Sequence record: SRR31156797_3892
Length of the DNA: 34,825 nt
Direction: 5' to 3' (one strand)
The position numbers and the translations under genes were made by a program. The notes beneath the pieces are model-generated. The model was not told the origin of the DNA, did not search any database, and saw only the letters and a list, made by a program, of their open reading frames with translations. This document shows, in pieces, positions 18,367 to 27,201 of the stretch (its first letter is position 1; every line of letters starts with the position of its first letter).

Positions 18367-20664
18367 ATGAAACAGACTTTACTACTAATATTTCTCGCTA
18401 TCGCTATATCCATTCAGGCCCAGGAAGATACGCTCATTAATTATGTAAATCCTTTTGTTGGCACCCAGCGCATGGGCCATACATTTCCGGGTGCTACTGT
18501 TCCGTTTGGAGCTGTACAGTTAAGTCCTGACACCGATACCATCAGGTATGAAGAGAACGGGCAGTACAATCGCCGCGTATATGAATATTGTGCAGGGTAT
18601 CAATATGATGACTCCACTATCGTGGGTTTCAGCCACACCCATTTCAGCGGCACAGGCCACTCCGACCTGGGAGACTTCCTGGTTATGCCGACTGTAGGCG
18701 AACTGCAACTAAACCCCGGCACAGAAGAAAATCCTGAATCAGGCTACCGTTCAAGGTACTCACATGAAAAAGAATTGGCCGAACCCAATTATTACCAGGT
18801 TGTACTGGAAGATTACAGTATCAATGCTGAAATGACCACATCTCCACGGGTTGGATTTCACCGGTACACTTTTCCTGAAACTGATGATGCCCATATCATT
18901 CTGGACCTGAGGCATGGCATTTATAATTACGACGGCAAAAATGTGTGGACATTTATACGTGTTGAAAATGATTCGCTGATCACCGGTTACCGTCAAACGG
19001 ACGGATGGGCCCGCACCCGAACTGTCTATTTTGCCATGGAGTTCAGTAAGCCTTTCAAGAATTATGGCCATAAAAAATATGACCAAACCATCTATCGCGG
19101 CTTTTACCGGAAGTTTGACGAAGAAAACAACTTCCCTGAAATGGCCGGCCGCGAGATCAGGGCACACTTTGGTTTTGACATGGCTCAAGACGAAGAACTG
19201 CTGATTAAGTTTGCCATGTCATCGGTAAGCACGGAAGGTGCACTAAAAAACCTTGCCGAAGAAATTCCCGAATGGGACTTTGATGCTGTTAAAGCTGCGG
19301 GGCAAGAGCAGTGGGAAGAAGAGCTTTCCAAAATCCGTGTGGAGATGATGAACGAAGAAGATAAGCGCGTTTTTTACACAGCGCTTTATCATACCTTTCT
19401 TACCCCTGTTATTTATGAGGATGTGGATGGACGTTACCGGGGGCTGGATCAGAACATCCACGAATCTGAAGATTTTAGCAATTATACCATCTTTTCGTTA
19501 TGGGACACATACCGGGCATTGCATCCATTTTTCAACCTGGTTCAACCTGATCGCAACGAGGACATGGTAAAATCCATGCTGGCACATTACGACCAGAGTG
19601 TGCATCCCATGCTGCCTGTGTGGTCGCATTATGCCAACGAAAACTGGTGTATGATCGGCTATCATAGCGTTTCGGTTATTGCTGATGCCATTATGAAAGG
19701 CATTTATAACGAAGACCTGGATGAAGCTTTGGAAGCTTGTATCACAACAGCTACCTACCCTGTATACGACGGCCTGGAATACTACATGGAAAAAGGCTAT
19801 GTGCCTGAAGACAAAAATTCCAATTCGGTGAGCAAAACACTGGAATATGCTTTCGACGATTGGTGCATTGCGCAGGTTGCCGGTATTACGGAGGATTATG
19901 AAGCTTATGACGATTTCATAGAAAGGTCGAAAAATTTCTTTAATGTCTTCAATTCTGAAACCGGATATATGCAACCCAGGCTGGACAATGGACAATTCAG
20001 GGAAGAATTTGATCCGCTGGACACACACGGCCAGGGTTTTATCGAAGGCAATTCCTGGAACTACGGATTGTATATTCCACATGACCCGGAAAGACTGGTA
20101 GAACTGATGGGCGGAAAGGAAACGTTTTCATCCATGCTGGACACTTTGTATACAAAAAAGCTTGATGATGCACACATTGAGGCCAATGAGGATATCACCC
20201 ACGATGGCATTATCGGCTTGTATGTACATGGCAACGAACCCGGCCATCATATCCCCTACCTCTATAACTGGACAGATGATCCCTGGAAAACTCAGGAACG
20301 TACACGCATGATTTGTGAAACCATGTATGACGATGCCCCGGATGGTCTTTGTGGAAACGATGATTGTGGGCAGATGTCGGCGTGGTACCTATTCAGTGCG
20401 CTTGGATTTTATCCGGTTTGCCCGGGATCAGAAGATTACGCCATCGGCAGCCCACTGGTAAATTATGCAGAAATTGATATGGGCCGCCGGAGAAATCTCG
20501 AGATCATCGTCGAAAACCAGAGCCCTGAAAATGTTTATGTACAGGAGGTTTCACTCAATGGAACACCAATCGAAAACCATATCCTGCGACATCGTGAAAT
20601 TTCAAGAGGCGGAAGGTTAGTGTTCGTAATGGGTCCGGAAAAGAAATTTAACCAGGCAGAATAA
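18367..20664 (+). CDS. GH92 alpha-mannosidase (secreted)
   Basis: YVNPFVGT, GHTFPGATVPFG.VQLSPDT, FSLWDTYRA, EGNSWNY, HGNEP.HH, GNDDCGQMSAWY. Signal peptide from ATG 18367. TATCTTTG at 18336-18343. Confidence 0.95.
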   Translation: MKQTLLLIFLAIAISIQAQEDTLINYVNPFVGTQRMGHTFPGATVPFGAVQLSPDTDTIRYEENGQYNRRVYEYCAGYQYDDSTIVGFSHTHFSGTGHSDLGDFLVMPTVGELQLNPGTEENPESGYRSRYSHEKELAEPNYYQVVLEDYSINAEMTTSPRVGFHRYTFPETDDAHIILDLRHGIYNYDGKNVWTFIRVENDSLITGYRQTDGWARTRTVYFAMEFSKPFKNYGHKKYDQTIYRGFYRKFDEENNFPEMAGREIRAHFGFDMAQDEELLIKFAMSSVSTEGALKNLAEEIPEWDFDAVKAAGQEQWEEELSKIRVEMMNEEDKRVFYTALYHTFLTPVIYEDVDGRYRGLDQNIHESEDFSNYTIFSLWDTYRALHPFFNLVQPDRNEDMVKSMLAHYDQSVHPMLPVWSHYANENWCMIGYHSVSVIADAIMKGIYNEDLDEALEACITTATYPVYDGLEYYMEKGYVPEDKNSNSVSKTLEYAFDDWCIAQVAGITEDYEAYDDFIERSKNFFNVFNSETGYMQPRLDNGQFREEFDPLDTHGQGFIEGNSWNYGLYIPHDPERLVELMGGKETFSSMLDTLYTKKLDDAHIEANEDITHDGIIGLYVHGNEPGHHIPYLYNWTDDPWKTQERTRMICETMYDDAPDGLCGNDDCGQMSAWYLFSALGFYPVCPGSEDYAIGSPLVNYAEIDMGRRRNLEIIVENQSPENVYVQEVSLNGTPIENHILRHREISRGGRLVFVMGPEKKFNQAE

Positions 20665-20675
20665 ACTATAACTTG

Positions 20676-20707
20676 CGGCGGTAAAATGAACATTGCACCG
20701 CCGGTTT
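20676..20707 (+). terminator. Hairpin downstream of GH92 (possible terminator)
   Basis: CGGCGGT (20676-20682) / ACCGCCG (20697-20703) with an inner AATG/CATT pairing. The T-tail is short. Confidence 0.5.
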
Positions 20708-20867
20708 CCCACAGCAACAATTTATTATCCACAGCGGAATCTACTGCTTTGAGCCCACTTTCCGCTACTGATAAATTTTTATTGTTAGCGGAATCTACTA
20801 TTTAAAAACTACATTCCGCTGATAATAAATTTGTATTTTCAGCGGAATGTATGTATATTTTATTCAA
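20706..20867. repeat. Intergenic 54-bp tandem repeat (3 units) built from alternating inverted TTCCGCT / AGCGGAA motifs at 27-bp pitch
   Basis: AGCGGAAT at 20733, 20787 and 20841. TTCCGCT at 20760 and 20814, with a degenerate TTCCCAC at 20706. Confidence 0.85.
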
Positions 20868-20885
20868 ACCTGCGGATAAAAAGAG

Positions 20886-22529
20886 CTAATCTTTCTTTTG
20901 CTTCGCTAAATCTCTTTCCAAAATCTGTTTGGTCAACTCATCCGAATCTCCATATTGCCTTCTTAATTCTTTGAGTCGCTTTGTAAGGTTTATCCTGACA
21001 TTAGCATATTCCGGATCGTTTATTACATTCGTCATTTCATGTGGGTCAGTTTTCAAATCGTACAATTCCCATTCATCCACATCATAATAAAAATGAATGA
21101 GTTTATACCGGTCGGTGCTGATACCGTAATGCCGCTTCACAGCATGGATACCCGGGTATTCGTAGTAATGATAGTAAATGGCATCGCGCCAGTTTGCATT
21201 ATCACCGGCAAAAAGCGGCAACAAACTTTCGCCCTGCATATCTGAAGGAATATCCACACCGGCAGCATCCAGAAAAGTCTCGGCAAAATCGAGGTTTTGA
21301 ACAAGGTCTTTGTTAATTGAACCAGCATCAATTTTTCCTGGCCATCTCACCAGTAGTGGTGTCCTGAAGGATTCCTCGTACATAAACCGTTTATCGAACC
21401 AACCATGTTCACCCAAATAAAATCCCTGGTCGGAAGTATAAACCACGATTGTATTTTCTGCCAGGCCACTTTCATCAAGGTATTCCAGCAGCCTGCCTAC
21501 ATTATCATCCACAGATTGGATCGAAGCGAGATAATCTTCCAAATATCTCCTGTATTTCCAAAGTACAAGCGAATCACCCTCAGGCCTGTGCTCCACGAAT
21601 TGCTCATTAATTGGCCCGTAAACGGCATCCCATTTTTGCTTTTCTTCGGAGTTCATGCGCTTGTAATTGTTTTCATATGCCCAGGTGTACCAGCCCATAA
21701 ACTCTCCGATGTTTAACCTGTCGAGGTTTTCAGGTTTGATTTTATTGTCGTTGCTAAAGCCCATGTGATCACTGATGCGCATTTCAGCCTCCCTCGCGGC
21801 TCTGCCTCTATTGGCATAATCATCAAAAAGACTTTCAGGAATTGGAATTGGCCTGTTCATAAATTCATCCAAATACTCTTGTGAAGGCATCCATTCGCGG
21901 TGTGGTGCCTTATGTTGATACATCAGCAAAAACGGCTTTTCCGTGTTTCGTTTTGTTTGGAGAAAGCCCAAAGCAATATCCGTGATCACATCCGTAACAT
22001 AACCCTGTTCTGTAATAATCCCCTGCGGTGTGCGAAAATCAGGTTGGTAATAATGCCCCTGATCCGGGAGTACTTTCCAAAAATCAAATCCTGTGGGTTG
22101 CGATTTCAAATGCCATTTCCCGACAATGGCCGTTTCGTAACCGGCTTTTTGCAACAATTTTGGGAAAGTCTGCTGGGCGCTGTCAAACACATTGATGTTG
22201 TCCCGAACACTGTTCAGGTGACTGTGTTTTCCGGTGAGAATCACTGCACGGCTTGGCGAGCAAATGGAATTGGTAACATAAGCCCGGTCGAAACGCATGC
22301 CTTCATCAGCCAGCCTGTCGATATTCGGGGTTTGGATCAGGTGATCCTGGTATGCACTCAACGCCTGGAATGCGTGATCATCACTCATGATAAAAATGAT
22401 ATTTGGGCGTTCCTGTTCCTGCGTTTCACATCCCATAATAGCTGCAATAAAAATCAGTAATACGGCAAACCAGATTTTGAAAATGTGTTTTTCCCGGATA
22501 TTTTGCATGATAACTGCTGAAGGATACAT
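20886..22529 (-). CDS. S1 family sulfatase (Cys-type formylglycine), probable lipoprotein
   Basis: RPNIIFIMSDDH, NSICSPSRAVILTG (CxPxR), GKWHL, YTSDQG.YLGEHGWFDKR. Lipobox-like IMGC. The exact start is uncertain (22529 or 22508). Confidence 0.93.
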   Translation of the reverse strand: MYPSAVIMQNIREKHIFKIWFAVLLIFIAAIMGCETQEQERPNIIFIMSDDHAFQALSAYQDHLIQTPNIDRLADEGMRFDRAYVTNSICSPSRAVILTGKHSHLNSVRDNINVFDSAQQTFPKLLQKAGYETAIVGKWHLKSQPTGFDFWKVLPDQGHYYQPDFRTPQGIITEQGYVTDVITDIALGFLQTKRNTEKPFLLMYQHKAPHREWMPSQEYLDEFMNRPIPIPESLFDDYANRGRAAREAEMRISDHMGFSNDNKIKPENLDRLNIGEFMGWYTWAYENNYKRMNSEEKQKWDAVYGPINEQFVEHRPEGDSLVLWKYRRYLEDYLASIQSVDDNVGRLLEYLDESGLAENTIVVYTSDQGFYLGEHGWFDKRFMYEESFRTPLLVRWPGKIDAGSINKDLVQNLDFAETFLDAAGVDIPSDMQGESLLPLFAGDNANWRDAIYYHYYEYPGIHAVKRHYGISTDRYKLIHFYYDVDEWELYDLKTDPHEMTNVINDPEYANVRINLTKRLKELRRQYGDSDELTKQILERDLAKQKKD

Positions 22530-22613
22530 GATTTAATCTATTTTTGAAATAATGTTTAACCGTTTTACAAAAATAACTTTCCGGTAAGATTAAACACTTT
22601 AACATCCATATTT

Positions 22614-23513
22614 ATGAAAAAACTTCAATTTACAATCATCACAATACTTATGGCAACAATTGGAATCCAAGCTCAAAGCAGCGGAAAACTTGTTCATTAT
22701 GAAAATTTCGAATCAGCCTTTGTTGATGCCCGGAATGTTGACATTTGGCTTCCTTATGGTTATGATGAAAACACAAATCATAACTATCCGGTTATGTACA
22801 TGCACGACGGACAAAACCTTTTTGTTCCCGGTAACTCATATGGTGGCGAGGAGTGGGGTGTAGATGAAACCCTGACAAATCTTGCAGCGTCAGGAAAGAT
22901 ACCGGAAATTATCGTAGTTGGCATCTGGAACACCCCCAAACGCTATCAGGAATACATGCCTCAAAAAGTTTTTACCGGCATTGAAAGATCAGTCGGTGGC
23001 CCCCTGCTCAAAAAATATGGCGGCATGCCTGTTTCCGACAACTACCTGAAATTTATCGTTGAAGAATTGAAGCCTTTTGTTGACAGTGTTTACCGTACCA
23101 AACCAGGCCGCGAAAATACTTTTGTGATGGGTTCGAGCATGGGAGGATTGATTTCCATTTATGCCATTTCGGAGTATCCCGGAATATTCAGGGGTGCCGG
23201 ATGTTTGTCATCGCATTGGATTGGTGACCCTGAAGCAGAGATGCACGCCGTTTCGGATGCTTTTGTTGAATACCTAAGTGAGAACCTACCCGATGCCGGC
23301 GGTCATTTGATCTATTTTGATTATGGCACTGCAACACTCGATTCGCTTTACGAACCGCACCAGTTAAAGATCGACCAGGTGATGCAGCAGAAAGGATACA
23401 CAAGGGGTAAAGACTGGATAACCCAAAAATTTGAAGGCCACGAACACAATGAAAAATTCTGGCGGGAGAGGCTGGATATACCTCTACTTTTTTTGTTGAA
23501 AAAGAGCCGGTAG
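22614..23513 (+). CDS. Secreted alpha/beta-hydrolase (putative esterase, Fes/IroE-like family)
   Basis: Signal peptide. YPVMYMHDGQNLF, nucleophile elbow GSSMGG, C-terminal HEHNE..W. Confidence 0.9.
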   Translation: MKKLQFTIITILMATIGIQAQSSGKLVHYENFESAFVDARNVDIWLPYGYDENTNHNYPVMYMHDGQNLFVPGNSYGGEEWGVDETLTNLAASGKIPEIIVVGIWNTPKRYQEYMPQKVFTGIERSVGGPLLKKYGGMPVSDNYLKFIVEELKPFVDSVYRTKPGRENTFVMGSSMGGLISIYAISEYPGIFRGAGCLSSHWIGDPEAEMHAVSDAFVEYLSENLPDAGGHLIYFDYGTATLDSLYEPHQLKIDQVMQQKGYTRGKDWITQKFEGHEHNEKFWRERLDIPLLFLLKKSR

Positions 23514-23540
23514 AATCAGCATAATTGCTATAAAAACAAA

Positions 23541-24563
23541 TCATCCCATTCTCAGGATAATTTTACCCGCACTCATGTTGGATAAATAGTTACGGAGACC
23601 ATCATAAAAATGTTCAAAATCATAGGTTTGGTTTATGGTCGTTTCCATTTTTTTCTCCATGAATAATAATTGTAAGTAGCCCGAAATCTTTTTAAACTCT
23701 TCAGATGTTTTCTCAGCTAACCAGTCGTTGAGGTTGAACCCACTCAGAATTTTATTTTTAAAAATTAATTCCAGCGTTTCGATCCCCGAAACCGGCATAC
23801 CTGACAAACCACCGTAAACAATTACCTCCGAACCGGCAGGCATGGCATTCAATAATTTACCGGTTAGTTCTCCACCAACAGCGTCAATGGCTGCTGTTGC
23901 CCCAAGGCTATCGGACAACTCCCGGATTTGCTGCTCAAGATCTTCGTCAAAAATATTAAGCACATGTTTGCACCCACTTTTCTTTAATTGGCTCAGATGG
24001 TCATTTTTCCGAACAAGGTTGATCACCTCCAGCCCATGCTCATTGGCGAAAAACCGAATGAATTGTCCGACCTGTCCGTTTGCAGCCGACTGTATGATTG
24101 CCTTATGCTGGTTTTCATGAATATGATCGAACAACGCATATGCAGTAAATGGATTTACAAACAAACATGCAGCCTGTTCCAGGGGCAATTCAATACTCAC
24201 CGGAATTACCTGATCCCTGTTCAGAACAACATATTCAGCCCATGCTCCACCGCTGTCGTCCTGTGTAAAGAAAGCTACCCTTTCTCCAATAAAAGAGGCA
24301 TCAATATTTTTACCTGCAGCCACAATTTTACCCACGCCTTCAAAACCGGGGATTGCCGGCAATGGCTTAACGATGTTGTAACCACCCAGTAAAAAAGCGA
24401 TATCAGAGGGGTTCACCGGAGACGCTTCTACCTTTACCAGTACCTGGTCAATGCCTGGTTTTGGAGTAGGCATTTCACATATCTTCATACTTCTGAGTGC
24501 TCGCACAATATTTGGGTTGTACTGCTCAACTGTAATGGCTTTCATATTTTCAGGCAGGTCCAT
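23541..24563 (-). CDS. MDR superfamily NAD(P)H-dependent oxidoreductase (quinone/enoyl reductase-like, zinc-independent type)
   Basis: VNPSD, PGFEGVG, VNPFTA, AANGQVG nucleotide-binding turn, DAVGG, YGGLSG, GKIIL. TAACTTTG on the minus strand at 24589-24596. Confidence 0.88.
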   Translation of the reverse strand: MDLPENMKAITVEQYNPNIVRALRSMKICEMPTPKPGIDQVLVKVEASPVNPSDIAFLLGGYNIVKPLPAIPGFEGVGKIVAAGKNIDASFIGERVAFFTQDDSGGAWAEYVVLNRDQVIPVSIELPLEQAACLFVNPFTAYALFDHIHENQHKAIIQSAANGQVGQFIRFFANEHGLEVINLVRKNDHLSQLKKSGCKHVLNIFDEDLEQQIRELSDSLGATAAIDAVGGELTGKLLNAMPAGSEVIVYGGLSGMPVSGIETLELIFKNKILSGFNLNDWLAEKTSEEFKKISGYLQLLFMEKKMETTINQTYDFEHFYDGLRNYLSNMSAGKIILRMG

Positions 24564-24664
24564 GATTTTTAGCTTTAAAGGTGAATAGCAAAGTTACAGA
24601 GAAGTGTTTAACATTCGGGTGAGAAACATATAAATTATGCTAATATCGAAGAAATCCCTTCAAA

Positions 24665-24702
24665 TAAAAAATGCATGAAGCAATTAAAACCCCATGCATT
24701 TT
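24665..24702 (-). terminator. Probable terminator of the hydrogenase operon
   Basis: AAAATGCATG (24668-24677) / CATGCATTTT (24693-24702). The A-run on the left reads as a U-tail on the minus strand. Confidence 0.65.
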
Positions 24703-24723
24703 AATAATATCCTGTAGGATTGT

Positions 24724-25458
24724 CTATTTTTTGGCGCAGGCCTCCACACGATCTAAATCATCCTTATCCACTTCTTCCGCATCAATAAATTTCCAACCAC
24801 CAATCATGGATGATGTAACACCCGTACGTTCAATGTAATCATGATAGAAGACCAGGTAAACATGAATTATCGCAAAGATTACAAAAAACCACATCAGAAT
24901 ATGATGAATCTGCCGGGTCATAAAATCACCGCCAAATATTGCAGGTACCCAGGCAAAGAGTTGCGGGAACCAGGCATCACTCATAGCCGCATACATCCCG
25001 AACCCCGTAAAGGTTTGGAGCATAAAAGCCAGAAATGTGAGAAAGTAGGTAAAACTTGCCAGCGTATTGTGTCCTACAGATAAAATAGGTTTATTTGTTA
25101 CCTGAAAAACATCAACTTTCAGCACACAGAGTAACTCCCGCCACTGCCATTTTTTTAACGGTATGAAATTACTCCAGCGTGCATATTTGTTGCCAGCAAA
25201 TCCCCAATAAATCCGAAACACAAAATTGAAGAAAAACAGGAAAGCTGCCACAAAATGAATGAACCTTACCGTTCCAAACCAATAACCAAATGATGCTTCG
25301 GATGCACTTTGAAATGCAGGAGGACGGCCAATGATATATCCTGTAATAGCCAGCGCCAGGATACAAAGGGCATTAATCCAGTGATAAATCCGAACCGGCA
25401 GCTCCCAAACATAGACTTCTTTTAGGTTGTGTTGTTGAGCCGTTGTTTCCATAGCCAT
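24724..25458 (-). CDS. hyaC: [NiFe]-hydrogenase b-type cytochrome subunit
   Basis: VYVWELPVRIYHW, RFIHF, GHNTLA, IHH...IHVY (heme ligands). Directly follows the large subunit. Confidence 0.93.
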   Translation of the reverse strand: MAMETTAQQHNLKEVYVWELPVRIYHWINALCILALAITGYIIGRPPAFQSASEASFGYWFGTVRFIHFVAAFLFFFNFVFRIYWGFAGNKYARWSNFIPLKKWQWRELLCVLKVDVFQVTNKPILSVGHNTLASFTYFLTFLAFMLQTFTGFGMYAAMSDAWFPQLFAWVPAIFGGDFMTRQIHHILMWFFVIFAIIHVYLVFYHDYIERTGVTSSMIGGWKFIDAEEVDKDDLDRVEACAKK

Positions 25459-25461
25459 GAT

Positions 25462-27183
25462 TTAAAATGTTTGAATTTGATGAACATATTTCCCCTTCTT
25501 GTCATAAAGGTGAACGGCACAAGCCAAACATGGATCAAAAGAATGAATGGTACGCAGTATTTCCAGGGGGCTTTCCGGATCTTCAACGGGTGTTCCAATC
25601 AGCGAAGCTTCATATGCCGAAAGATTTCCGTTGGGATCTCTGGGTGAGGCATTCCACGTGCTTGGAACAACCAGCTGATAATTATCAATCAGTTTATCCT
25701 TAATATTAATCCAGTGGGCGAGTGCACCTCTTGGGGCTTCAGACATGCCAACCCCCTGTGCCTCTTCGGGCCATGATACAGGATCCCATTTATCAGCAAC
25801 AAAAGTCCGGCTGTCACCATTTTTAATATTGCTGATCAGTTGATTGAAAAATTCCATAGACCAGCCTGCAACCAACTGGGTTTCGAGGCCACGTGCAGCA
25901 GTACGTCCAAGCGTTGAAAACAAAGCAGTAACCGGAACATCCAGCTTTTCAAGTGCATAGTGCACCACATCTTTGTATTCATCTCTTCCTGAAGCATAAC
26001 CAACCAGCATCCTCGATAGCGGACCGACCTCCATGGGATACCCTTTCCACCTTGGTGTTTTCAGCCAACTATACTTCTTATCCACGTCCAAATGCTCATA
26101 AGGCGGTTTGGGGCCTGTGTAGTTCAGGTGGGTTTCTCCATTCCAGGGGTGCTTTCCTTCTTTATCACCTCCTGAATATTTATACCACGAATGGGAAATA
26201 TACTCCTTGATTTGCTCTGGATCAGTCCCATCCACCGGAATTACCTCATTGAGGTTACGGTTCATAATAATACCTCTTGGAAATTTAAAGCTGCTCACAT
26301 CGCTATATCCGTTTGTTGGTAAATCACCATAGCTGAGGTAATTTGAAAGGCCGCCACCGATCGCTCCCCAATCGCTTTTGTAAAATGATGCGATGGCCAG
26401 CAAATCAGGGATATAAACCTGTTCTACAAATTCCTTGGCATCGGCAAGCAACTGGCCAACCATGGCCAGACGTTCGGCATTGAGGGCATTGGCTTCGTCA
26501 ACGTTAATTGCACATGGTACACCACCCACCAGGTAATTTGGGTGCGGATTCTTGCCACCGAAAATTGTGTGAACTTTCACAATTTCCTTTTGCCACTCCA
26601 GAGCTTCCAGGTAGTGCGCTACAGCCATTAAGTTGGCTTCAGGTGGAAGTTTGTAGGCTTTGTGACCCCAGTATCCATTTGCAAAAATGCCAAGCTGTCC
26701 ACTATCCACAAATTTCTTAATCCGCTTTTGCAGGTCTGAAAAATAACCTGTAGAGCTCTTTGGCCAGTTTGAAATGCTTTGCGCCAGTTGGGAAGTTGCC
26801 GCAGGATCGGCACTCAGTGCCGAAACCACATCCACCCAGTCAAGTGCATGTAAATGATAAAAGTGTACCACATGATCCTGCATGTATTGCGAGCAAAACA
26901 TGAGATTACGTATAATCTCGGCATTGGGCGGAATTTGAATTTTTAACGCATCTTCCACGGTTCTGACCGATGCCAGCGCATGCACAGTAGTGCAAACCCC
27001 GCAAACACGTTCGGTAAATGCCCAGGCATCTCGTGGATCCCGACCTTTTAAAATCAACTCGATGCCCCTGACCATCGTTCCGGAGCTATATGCATCCACA
27101 ATCTTACCGTCTTTTACTTCAGCTTCAATCCTCAAATGACCTTCTATTCGGGTGATTGGATCAACTACTATTCTTTTTGCCAT
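25462..27183 (-). CDS. hyaB: Membrane-bound uptake [NiFe]-hydrogenase large subunit (group 1d-like)
   Basis: DPITRIEGHL. L1 motif ERVCGVC; L2 motif SFDPCLACAVH plus a 15-aa cleavable tail. HFYHLHALDWVD, GGKNPHPN. Confidence 0.97.
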   Translation of the reverse strand: MAKRIVVDPITRIEGHLRIEAEVKDGKIVDAYSSGTMVRGIELILKGRDPRDAWAFTERVCGVCTTVHALASVRTVEDALKIQIPPNAEIIRNLMFCSQYMQDHVVHFYHLHALDWVDVVSALSADPAATSQLAQSISNWPKSSTGYFSDLQKRIKKFVDSGQLGIFANGYWGHKAYKLPPEANLMAVAHYLEALEWQKEIVKVHTIFGGKNPHPNYLVGGVPCAINVDEANALNAERLAMVGQLLADAKEFVEQVYIPDLLAIASFYKSDWGAIGGGLSNYLSYGDLPTNGYSDVSSFKFPRGIIMNRNLNEVIPVDGTDPEQIKEYISHSWYKYSGGDKEGKHPWNGETHLNYTGPKPPYEHLDVDKKYSWLKTPRWKGYPMEVGPLSRMLVGYASGRDEYKDVVHYALEKLDVPVTALFSTLGRTAARGLETQLVAGWSMEFFNQLISNIKNGDSRTFVADKWDPVSWPEEAQGVGMSEAPRGALAHWINIKDKLIDNYQLVVPSTWNASPRDPNGNLSAYEASLIGTPVEDPESPLEILRTIHSFDPCLACAVHLYDKKGKYVHQIQTF

Positions 27184-27201
27184 ATTGATTGATGTTTAAG
27201 G

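Noticed and set aside
18222-18413. N-terminal extensions in the ORF track (also 4993-5055, 29325-29432, 33974-34006)
   Set aside because: They overlap promoter-like elements or neighbouring genes. Downstream ATGs give the expected family N-termini or signal peptides.
20706-20867. 54-bp array as a CRISPR or as a coding repeat
   Set aside because: The conserved cores are only 7-8 bp and alternate in orientation, the spacers resemble each other, and there are no cas genes. The ORF track shows no ORF spanning the array, and the frames I read contain stops.
19498-22460. Long antisense ORFs (19498-20082, 21900-22460)
   Set aside because: They lie fully inside the well-supported GH92 and sulfatase genes on the opposite strand and have no recognisable motifs.
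25462-25540. Selenocysteine-containing ([NiFeSe]) hydrogenase
   Set aside because: The L2 motif is DPCLAC with ordinary Cys codons and no in-frame TGA.
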